This document shows, piece by piece, positions 13,801-25,800 of a stretch of DNA of 64,000 bases. Positions within the stretch are counted from its first letter, which is position 1, and each line of letters begins with the position of its first letter. The stretch lies in contig NC_092396.1 of NCBI RefSeq assembly GCF_030028105.1, positions 31,499,474 to 31,563,473 on the forward strand. The letters are read 5' to 3'. The stretch is from Mobula birostris. Its lineage: Eukaryota. The notes below the pieces were generated by a model. That model searched no databases. It was not told where the DNA came from and worked only from the letters and a program-made list of their open reading frames with translations. The position numbers were made by a program, and so were the translations under genes.

Positions 13801-16800
13801 CTCATGGTTCTGCCTCCTTCTTCTACCACCCATTGTTTTCAGGGCTATGACGTCAATGCTTCCCCTCCCCCACCCCTTTGTCTTTCAAATTACTGGTCTT
13901 TCAACTGAAGCTACAAGCATTCTTCAAGTCCTTCCCCATCTTTCATTCTTCAGTCCTGACGAAGGGTTCCGGCCCAAAACGTCGACTCATCGTTTCTGAC
14001 TGATGCTGCCCGACCTGCTGAGTTCATCCAGCGTACTGAAAGTGTTGCTTTGCTCTTCCTTCCTCCTCCATCCCTTGTGGATTTTCATCACAACCATTTA
14101 GTAATAAATTTTGCGATTGATAAGATTAAGTGCTTTTTAACATTTTAACTAATCTGCCTGTCACCAAGAAAGCTGGCATTGCCCAGTTACTGTAGTGGTG
14201 CCCCTTCTCTTGACCCAGCCAGCTTCACCTTAGGATCAGGGTGGCCGTGATCACAAAGGGTCCCTTGTATCCACTGTGTAGTGAGTTACTTCATGTTCCT
14301 GCATGAATACTACAGGTTATTGTGGTTTACTCACCTGCAATAATTCCCAATCACTTCCCACAGTATATTCAGACCTACATCAACAACTCACTGCTGGAGA
14401 AAGAGCTGCTGTACTTTGCCAATGAAGTCTTTGGAGTCACTTTTATCGACCCGGTGAGTGTCCATTCCATATTGCTTGCACATCACCAAGGTTTGCTTCA
14501 CAAATAGTCCTCCTTTTGTTTTGAATATTTGCACTGATAAATGAGACACACGATTTTTGTTGTGCTCGTGGGTTCTTTAGCTTTGCAATTTGGAAAGGCA
14601 AGTGACAGAGGTGAAGCAATCTCAGATACCCTCCATCAAAAGCAAGAAACTCACACCGCATGGTGCACTTAGTTATTACAGATGCACTTGCACAGAACAC
14701 TGTGCTGCTTCTCTGCTGCAAAAGGTAATAAACCCACACAAACCATGAACCCTTTGGGCCCTCCGTTGGTTGGGGTCAACCATGGATGTCGCATCCCAGA
14801 TGTCTACCTGATCTGCAAGCCAGGGTGTTGCCCATGCAGCAGGCTCCCCCTCTCCATGCAGCTGATGAATCCAAAAGAATGGCAGAGACCGATACTGTTT
14901 GGCACTGGCAGCACCGCAGGAGTTGCCCGTCAACGTTGAACTCTATCTAGGACTGCCTTAGGGGCTCCAGCTCTGGGTTTATCTTCAGGCTTTATTCCTG
15001 AAGCCTTCCTGAAAAGTTGGTATAGCTGTTAGGCAGTGAAGGTTTGAGATCAGAGTTCTCCTTCTCCTAATGAGCTGCCAGCCACTGTCAGATTAGCAGC
15101 CAAGCCACAAGTAAAGGGCCAGGATTTGGACTTGGTTGTCAGAGGCTATTTGAGGTGCCCGCCATTGGGAGCATTTAATAGGTATTGGGAGCTCACCAGC
15201 CCTGGCTATAACAACCTTAAATGAAGTATTTATGTACATATAATTATCTAATCAGTTGAATATGTGAAATAATACAATCAAGTGGTTATCATATAAACAT
15301 TGTAGGGCACTTCCATTTTTAGCAGCAGAACGCTGCGTACCATCTCACATTTCTTTACCACACATTTTGTTATCATCGACACCATTCTAAGGTGGACTCT
15401 GAGCTTGTGGATCTCATAACCTGCTGTTCAGGCTGGACACGTAACTAAATACAAAAAGCCATTTCCCCTCCCCTATTGTAACTGCCTCCTACCTGTATCT
15501 AGCCATGAAGGAAGCAGCAAAGGCAAGAAAGATAAATAGAAGAGATAGAAGCATGGATCCCATTGAAGCTTTCCTGTGGAATCCTTCATATAAAAGTCAA
15601 AGTGGCTTTTGAGCAAGGTTGCAATTAATGGATACCCTGGCCATCTGAACCTACTAGCGTTCCTTTGTGACTGGTCACAAGAACTGACTGTGAGGTTGGG
15701 AGGTGCTGGTCATAAGCTGATCATTGTGTGAGCTGGGGACAATATTCTGCAAGTACTTAAAAGAAAATCAGTTGTGGTGGGGTGGGGTGGGGTGGAAAGG
15801 CTTCAGCCAATCCAGTGAAAAGTGTGAAACTGATCTGGCTATTTGTTAAAATCAACCGACCACAAAATGGAAGACAAAAACAGAACATGGTGGAAACACT
15901 CAGCAGATCTGTCAGCATCTATGAAGAAGGAAACAGAGTTAACAGTCTGTTTTCAGCATTTTCTTTTTGTTTCTGATTTCAAGCATTTGCAGTTTCTTTT
16001 TTAAAAATTTTATTTATTGAAATTGGGAGAGATCTTTGTCTTTTTTCAACTATCTCACAAGACCATAATGACACCAAGGTCTCCAGTAAAGAATTATTAA
16101 TTTTTTTCCTGCATTTTTAGGACAAGTGGACTCCAGAGAATGTGATACCAGTTAAACTCAAAGAAAAACAAAAGTAAGATTCAAAACCTCACTATGTTTC
16201 CATAACCTGCTTACCTTTTAACCCAGACCCCAACACTGAGTCTGATCATGACAATTGCAGTTAACACATGGTAAACTTGGTCCTGTTTTGACAGTCTGTC
16301 CTGATCCACTTGTGTCCCTCCACAACCAACCTGGAGTGAGAGCTCAGTGGCCTTTTCTGCTCATTGCTGGCAGATTGATGGGCAGTGACATCTTGAAAGA
16401 TTTAGATTTACTTGGCTGATAACAGAAGGATTGAAGGCTCCCAAACGGAGTGCGGACTCCATTGAAACACTCTATTATTATTATTATTATTATTATCGTG
16501 CACTCTGCAGAATGGCATGTTGTGCTGCTCACTTACTTGTGGAGATAGACTCAGAGGGCATTACAATATTTTACATAGAGCATTGTAGAGCACAGAAACA
16601 GGCCTCTCAATCCATTATATCCGTGCTGAACACAACACCAAATTAAACTAACTCTCTTTAAAATTGAAGTACCACGTTCCCACTGCTGTCTGTAAGGAGA
16701 TTGTATGTTCTCCCTGTGACCGCGGGGGTTCCTACTGAGAGCTCCACTTTCCTCTTACAGTCCAAAGACAAATCGGTTGATAGATTAATCGGTCATTGTA

Positions 16801-19800
16801 AATTATCCTGTGATTAGACTCGGGTTAAATTGGGGGATTGCTGGGTGGAACAGCTCAAAGAGCCAGAAAGGTCTGCTTTGTGCTGTATAACAATAAATCA
16901 ATAAATAATATCTTATGTTTCTATCCTGGGAAAAAGATTCTGACCATCTACCTTATTTATGCCTCATAACCGTATAAACTTCGATCAGATTTTCCGCCAG
17001 CTGCTGATACTCCAGCAAAACAACCTCCTCTTATAGTTTATTCTCTATAAGCCAAGCAGCACATTTCTGAACCTCTTCTGAACCCTTTCCAAAGTTTCCA
17101 CATCCCTCTTGCACTGGGGCTGCCCAAGCTGCACACAGTACTCCAGTGCAGTCTAACCAAAGTTTCATGGAAGTTATGGAAAAAACTTAACTGAATCTTG
17201 TAACAGGGCAGAAAGGGAAACTGCTGCCCGGATCTCCGAAGAAATTGGGAACTTGATGAAAGAGATTGAGAACTTGGTGGATGAGAAAACCAAGGAATCA
17301 TCTGAGCTTGTGAAGATGGTGAGAGAGGGTGAGCATCTGTCATCTGTAATGTCCGGTTACTTGCTGATCTTGGGTGGGAGTGAATGGGGAGTCATACTAA
17401 ATTTGCTTAATTGTGTAACATGGGTGTTATTGACCTATCTACCCTTGAATAAACTGTTTCACTGCTTTCCTTCAAATGATCTCAATCCATTTTCATGTCC
17501 ACATGCAGGTAACATCTGTAGTAAAAGAAGCAGAATTAATGCCTCAAGTTGAAGTTGCTTTGATCGAAGCCATTAACTCTGTTCTTTTCCCTCTCCAGAT
17601 GTTGGTTATTTCCAGCATTTTCTGTTTTTATCTCTTATTTTCAGTTTCTGTAGACTCCTATTTTTTGTCAATGATCTTTTTAAAGATATTATGCACACTG
17701 AAGCTTTTTCCTGCCTTTGAAACCATCTTCTGCTGCTTGCTACCCATGGTCTATATCTCAGTTGCTTCAGCATGTTTAAACTTAGTTTTTCTTCCCCACA
17801 TTCTCTATTTCATGGCTACAGAATTCATCTTGCAGATGGCTGCTATAACACAAACTCACCTATCAACAAACCTCCTCCCACACCTCCACGTGATATGCTG
17901 CCTAACTATTCCCAAACTCCTGTGCTCCTGCTCTAGGGGGTCCATTGTTGTATGACAATGTCCAGGTTGTCATGAACGCACGGCTGTTGAATGGAACTCA
18001 GAGGGTGTTGCTCGATGGTGTGATCACGGACAAGGAGTGTGAGGAGATGCGCTTCCTCTCCAATGTGAGTATCTCCATCTACTGCGGCGCAACTCGCAGA
18101 TCCGGCGACCCAGGTTTGATGCCGACCTCCGGTGTTGACTGCGTTCAATTCAGATGTTCTTTCTGTGACCATGTGGATTTTTGGTGATGCTCCCATTTCT
18201 TCCTACATCCCAAAGACAGGAAGGTTGGCAGGTTAATTTGACCAGCATAAGTTACCTATAATGTGCAGGTGGATGGCAAAGTCTGAAGGGGATTGATGAG
18301 AACGTGGAAGGAATAAGTAGGGACTAGCATAGCGTTTGTGTAAATGGACCAAAGAGCAAGTTTCCATGCTGTAGAGTCCAGTGACTATATATGTGAGCAA
18401 GTACACAAAGGTATGTGGGAGATTGAAAGGCTAATTAATGTTGGTTTAGACCTTATCACCTACAAACCTTCAATAGTTGAATAAAAAAGATTGCATTGTT
18501 AAATGCCATATAACATTTCATACTTTAAGATTACTGGTTGCAATGGAGTTAAAGAAGTTAAAGAAGAATATTCAAATGGTTGAATATTTAAGTATGCACA
18601 CCATCAGGATCTAACAGTGACTGCACTAACTGCAAGGTTCTGATGTAGACCATCTGAAGGCAGACACAGGAAGGGATCACCTTGAGGGCATGGCCTCCCA
18701 AACGCCTCACTGCCTGCATGCACTGTGAACTCTGTTCTCCAGGGCTTGTTCCAATTCCTGGCTGGGGATGAGATGAAATCATTGGACAGAAGGTACCCAG
18801 CACAGGAAAGAGTTCAAAGGAGGTTCACAAAGGTGATTCTGGGATTGAAAGACTTATCATACGAGGAGCTCTGGCCTTGTACTCACTGGAATTCAGAAGA
18901 ATGGGCGGGGGATCTCATTGAAACGTATTGAATGTTGAAAGGCCATGATAGTGTGGATGTAGAGAGGATGTTTCCTATGGTGGGGGAGTCTAAGACCAGA
19001 GAACGCAGCCTCAGAATAGAGGGACGTCCATTTAGAATAGAGATGAGGAAGAATTTCTTTAGCCAGAAAGTGGTGAATCATTGGAATTTGTTGCCACATG
19101 TGGCTGTGGAGGCCAAGTCATTGGGTATTTTTAAGGAACCCACACAAAATGCCAGAGCAACTCAGCAGGGCTGGTAGCATCAATGGAAGAGAGTACAGCT
19201 GATGATTTGGGCCGAGACCCTTCGCAGAGGTTGATAGGTTCTTGATCAGTAAGGGCACGGGGTGGGGGTGGGGGGCGGGGGGGCGGGGCGGGAGACGGAG
19301 AAGGAGAAGGGAGGAGATTGGGGCTGAGAGGGAAATGGATCAGCTATGGTGAAATTGTGGAGCAGACTTTATGAGCCAAGTAGCCTATTTCTGCTCCTAT
19401 ACCTTATGGTCTTATGGTCTTATTTCCCAGAACATCAGTATGCGGTGTCTGCGTCTATTTTTATACGCCTTTCTGCTGGTTTTCCGGGTGTTGAGTGGTG
19501 TTGGAGAGCTTATACATTGTGAAGTATGAGAATCACAGTCTATTACTCTCCACCAATGACTCGATATTTGCAATGCTCAGCTCAGCAATTGAATGGATTT
19601 CTTAAACAGTAGAGGAGCACTATCAAAAGCTTTCAGCCAAGTGACAGGGATTCCACTGATTGAAGGAGCTAAGGTCAAGGGCAGTTTAATACATTAGGAT
19701 GATCATGATATGATAGCCTACTGAACAGAGAAGTGTAACATTTCTTCTAACAATGTTTAAACCCTTCATTTCCTCATGCTGGACGCTAGGCTGCAGCTTC

Positions 19801-22800
19801 AATGGGCGATGGCTACTATGGGAAGCCTTCTCCTCACACACCCAATGAGCGATTCCAGGGAGTGACAGTACTCAAAGCATTAAAGGTGAGTGAGTCTGCA
19901 CTGTTAGAGACGAAGTCTATAGATCATAGAACATAGAACAGTATGGCACAGGAACAGACACTCCTGTCCATGTTGCCTGTGCTAAACACAAGGTAAAATG
20001 AAATGAAATCTTCTCTGCTTGCAAATGGTGGATATCCTTCCATTCCCTGCATATTCATGTGCCTACCCAGCAGCTTCTTAATTTCTACCATTGTATCTGC
20101 TTCCACCATTACCGCTGGCTGCCCAATCCTAGTATCTACTACTTTCTGTAAACACTTGCGCACCCATCTCCCTTAAACTATCTCTCTCTCACCTTAAATG
20201 ATTGTCCTTTAGTATCTGATGTTTTGACCCTGGGACTCCCCCTAGTCCCCAAAATCTGGTGCTGATGCCATTACACCACTGGCCGGCAGCTTTCTCTGTG
20301 CTGAGCACTTTGTTCACTTCCAACGTTTTAGTTCAGACACTGAGCGACCAGCAGCAGCTCTGTCCTTGTGCAATTATGAATGGTAAAATGTCCTTAAAGC
20401 AGAATTTTTCATTTTATCACACTCTCAGGCACTGAAATTTCACATCCACTGTCCTTTCCATGCCAAGCTAAAAGTAAACACCTAATCAGCTGTTTCATTC
20501 TGACTGAAGCGGAAAATCAAATTAATTTAGAAGAACAATAATTAAACCGAAGTAAAACAGATAACTGAATAACCAGTTGTGCCTTATGAACAGTAAATGC
20601 TCGAAAAATTTAGTGAATCAGTTAGCATTTGTGGAATGAGAAAGAGTCCAATGTTTCAAGGCTGAGGCCCTTAGAACTGAAAGACCAATTGTACATGTCT
20701 GGTCATTAGCCTGATCTTGTTAACTTTGATTTTCTCTCCAAGGATGCTGCCTGTCCTGCTGATTATTTCCAGTATTTTTCATTATTATTTGGTTTAAAAT
20801 TACTGCATTTTGTTTTGATTTTCAACTAGTCATACAATATTTATCTTGCATCGATACTTAAGCTGGAGCAACGCCATGTAATGCCTAAAATTATATTGAT
20901 TTTCCCTAGTTTCCACTTATTGCCTGATTAACACCTGGCAGACATTAAAGTCCACCTTTCATTTTTACATCCATGACCTTCCGAACGGGAATTGGGAAAA
21001 TCCAACACACTATTGCAGTCTGACACATCCTTCCTTAAGTGTTTTTCTGGTTTCAGAACACTCCAGATCAAACTAAGTAAACTATCAGAACATTAACTCA
21101 GTAGTTTTGGAAGAAGAGAAGCAAGTATTAGAAATGATAAAGTCTTGAATAGTTGAAGGAATAAACTTCAGCTAACAAATTTAAGCCCTTTATCAAATAC
21201 ATTTTTGTAACTTCAGCCATTGCAAGCTTTTTACTCTTTCAGTTTCCGACACTTTAAGTCACTGCATTATTTATTTGTTGTAAGTAATTCATGAGGTTTG
21301 TGTTCTTGTTCTGAATGAATCGAAGGGTGATGATTTCGCTTTTCTGGTTTTCTCTAACATGTACAAATCTGCCTTTCTGGCAGCTTAGTCAGGAGGGTAG
21401 GATCCCACTTAAAACATCCAAGCTGTTTTATGACATCAGTGAGAAAGTTCGAAGGATCATCGAGTCTTACTTCCGGCTGGAAAACCCACTCTACTTTGCC
21501 TACTCGCATCTTGTCTGTCGGACTGCGGTGGAAGGTAACAACCTTTGACTTAACTCTAGAGTTACTAGACTGAGTGGTAACAGCTGTCCCCGTTTGCTGT
21601 TAGTTCATTATGTTTCATACCACGTGTCAGTCAATGCTGAACTCTCTACTGTGCAAGTCCCTTCACCTGAAGGGCTGAAGTTGATGGAGAAAGTGGCGCA
21701 ACACCAGCTTCCCAAGGACAGTTAGGTACGGGCAATAATGCTGGACTTGCCAACAATGCCCACATCCTGGTAAATAAAATAAAAGGAGCACATATACAGG
21801 AACTACTTGCTAATGTTTACACTGTGTGCACCACGGCCTCTAGCAGAACAATGAAAGAGGGATTTAATCTGCATAATCGGAATCGGGTTTACTGACACTG
21901 ACATATATTGTGAAATTTGTTCTCTTGTGCCAGCAATACAGTGCAAGATGTAAAAAAATGACTACAAGTTACAATAAAAATTAATAAATAGTGCAAAAGA
22001 GTTATAGCAAGGTGGTATTCATGGGTTCACGGGCCATTCGAAAAATTAGGGCTGAGGGGGACATGCTGTTCCTAAAACAGTGAGTGTGGGTCTTCAGGCT
22101 CCTGTACCTTTTCCCCGATGGTAGTAACAAGAAGACAACATGTTCCAGGTGTTGAGGGTCCTCAATGATGGGTGCTACCTTCTTGAGGGTGAAGGAATAC
22201 TAAGTCATTTTGACTTTCCTGCTTCCCTCTATCTTCAGCATAAATGGACACCATTTTAGCCCAGTGTGTCCCTGCTGGCCTAATGGCCAGTGGCCAGTGA
22301 AGAGCTGGATACACAGGAGAGTGTTTGCATTATATCACCCAGGACATAGAACAGTACAGCATGGGATTGGCCAATCAGCCCACAATGTTGTGCTCATCCT
22401 GATGCTAATTTGTACTAAATGTCCTCCCCCTATATATCATTCAAATGCCTCCATTCCTTTCATATTCATGTGAGTATGTAAAAGCATCTTAAACTCAGCC
22501 AGACTGCTAGCTTCCCATGCTGTCTCAGTGATCCATTCCATGCACTATACTCACAAAATGCTGGAGGAATTTAGCAAGTCAGACAGCGTCTGAGGAAAGC
22601 AATAAACAGTCACCATTTCAGGCTGAGAGCTTTTATCAGATAGAACATAGAACACAGAATATTGCAGCATGGAACGGCCTTTGACCTCGTGTTGATCTTT
22701 TAACTTACTCCAAGATCAATCTAACCCTTCTCTTCCACATAGCCCTTCATTTTTCTTTAATCCACATGCCTATCGAAGTCATTTGAATATCCCTAATGTA

Positions 22801-25800
22801 TCTAGCTCTACCACTGCCCCGAGCAGTTTGTTGCCTGCACAAAGCACTCTATGTGAAAAAACACCTCTGACATCCCCCCTTTAATTTCCTCCAATCACAT
22901 TAAAAGTAAGTCTTCTCGTATTGTCATTGCTACCTGGGAAAAAGGCTCTGGCTCTCCACTCTGTCTATGCTTCATATTATCTATACGCCTCCCTCAAGTC
23001 AATTCTCATCCTCCTTCACTCTGAAGAGAAAAGCACTAACTTGCTTAACCTATCCTCATAAGGCACGCTCTCTAATCCAGGCAGCATCCTGGTAAATCTC
23101 CTCTGCACCCTCTCTAAAGCTTCTACGTCCTTCTTATAATGAGGCGACCAAAGCTGAACACAAAACTTCCAAGTGTAGCCTAACCAGTGTTTTAGAGCTG
23201 CAACATTATCTCACAGTTCTAATGTAAGACTCTTCTTCCCATTGTGCTGCTGGCATTTAGGCCTCCATCTCTGGCTGCCTTCAACAGTATGACTCACTGG
23301 TTTACAATTCCCAGGGTTTTCCTAATTATCTTTCTTGAACAAAGGCATAACATTTGCCACCATCCAATTTTCTGGTACTTCACCGGTGGCCAGTTCTTCC
23401 AGCATTGTGTGTTGTTCAAAACTTCAGCATCAGTAGGATCTCCTGGTCCACACACAATGTTAAAGATAGGAATACTGAGGGAAATCTACCCACAGCAGAG
23501 GATAACTTGATGTCTCTGTTGCTCAACATTGTACACTGCTAAGGTACCAAAGGATTACAGGGAACTCACCAGCCAACCTCCAGCTCTCTATGGATGCATC
23601 TAGTTGGATTGTGTTCACTATAGATTTGTGTTGGTTGATCACACCCACTTCTGCACTCTTCTGTTTGCTTTCCTCACATTTCCTTTGACTTGTTTCTCAG
23701 ATAAGCTTCAGAAACACAGGCCAGGTTCAGAAACACCGGCCAGGTTCAGAAACACTGGTCACGTTCAGAAACACTGGCCAGGTTCTAGCAATGCACACAC
23801 CTGGCCAGCTGCAGCATACTGTTGTTGAATTCTTTGGTCTGCTTCCCTGTATTAGGAACACAGGAGAACAGAGAAGACCTGAGCCACTCCGTTCATGTGG
23901 ACAACTGCATTTTAAACTCAGAAGCTCTGGAGTGTCGAAAGGAGCATCCAGCTTACACCGAGCGAGATTACAGGTAAAAGTGAACCTTCGTTATCAGTGT
24001 GTAAAGAAATCTTCACATAATGTCTTTCACAGCCAAAGTATTCAGAGATAACAACATATTTTTCAGCTTTTCCAACTGCTGTAGTGTGCACAGAAAGCTC
24101 CCACAAATATTGACATGGTAATAAATAGAATTTGGCTTCATTAGTTATTGAGTAGCAAGTGATTCAGGTTTCCAAGGTAAGCTCAATGCTCAAATTCATC
24201 AAAGTCAGAACCTTAATATCAGTGTAAAGGCAACGTCTTTGACTGTGTTACATTCCTTACTAATTCAACGAATGTTATCTAAGTTTTTATGTCACTACTC
24301 TGTGGTGGGACTTAAACCCAAAGTGTCCTAGCTCAGAGGCAAAAGCCTTTGTAACTGAGCAGATTATACCTTGACCTACTTATGTATGGAATGATGCGTC
24401 AGATGATAAGTAAACAAAATCTTTTCACTGATTCTTGGTGAAAATCATAAACCAATTCCCCAGTTAGTGGAGAATAGAATTGAGACTGGTATAGATAAGT
24501 CACAATCATATTAAAAGACAGGCCAGGCTTGAGGATCTAGGAAACCTCTCCTGCTCCTGTTCTCATGTATTCTCATGATGATTTGCTGTCTTAAAAATAC
24601 TACAGGAAAGGAAGTTGTTCTGGATTAAATTTCCTGTCCTGTCCCAGATGTGCTGAAAATAAGACTCCACTATTCCCTGAGAATAACTCTGACTCATTAA
24701 CCATCATCAATTAACTCTACACAGCTTGATCATTTTGGATGCTCCAGCATTAAATTCACAATGTGATATTGCGAGAACAGTTCAGTAATAAATCCATTAT
24801 GTGGCATCACTGAGTGATTCTATAGTAAGTCCAATGTGTGGTATCCCGACATAATAACCCCCCTTGTGTAAACTTGCCAAGTGCCAACCCTCCACGTTCG
24901 CTGGTCTCTAGTGGTGAGGCTCATGAAGACTAAGGATCTGGGCATTGTTTTTTCCTGAGTTAGCTGCCCTCAGAAACGTTCAATATATGGTTTCAACACC
25001 TTAGGAGTGATGTCTGACTTGACACTTCCATCATTGACCTTTACAGGAACCAATGGAAGACTGTCACCTTTTGTCTGAAAATTCTATGTAGTTTATTACA
25101 GATTATCAATAATCATAATTGCATTTTATTCTAGTGCAATCCTTTACTTAAACCATGATTTTGAAGGTGGAAACTTCATATTCACGGAAATTGATGCAAA
25201 AGTTATTACAGTAAGTTTCTAAGACTTATTTTTCTCTTGTTTTTGGTCATCAAGAGTAGAGTATTAACTCTGGAGATGAAACTTATATTTCTTCTGTCAT
25301 TATCAAGGTCATGATTACCCTGTGATTAAATCGTCTGTCTCAGATCTACATCAAACCATTTCCCCTTATGATTTTTCATTTCCAGTCAATTTATCCAAAC
25401 CCTTCTCTCTGATTGATATGGTAATTCAATGTCTTGTAGGAGGCCCATACCATGTCATTTCAAGTGGAGGAGAGAGGGCAAGACACAAAAGTAAACATCT
25501 AACCCCTTGGGCCAGCTAGTCCCCAACTAGTTTATTTATGCAAGAATTTATGAATTGTGTGCTTTGTATAATCAGCAGGACGATCTCTAATCTCAGGTAG
25601 GTGGAAGTGAAACTGGAAAAAGGTTTGGGATCTTGGAGGATCCAGTTTCACAGGCTTCCCATCTCACATTCAGTCAAGAAACATTCCTAGTGAATTTCTG
25701 GGAGCAGTTCCAATTCCCTTTTCTTTCCATGCAGGTTCCTGGTGTACATACTGCATGCAAGTAGGAGTTTTGTTGTGGCTCAAGGCAGGGGGATCTCTTC

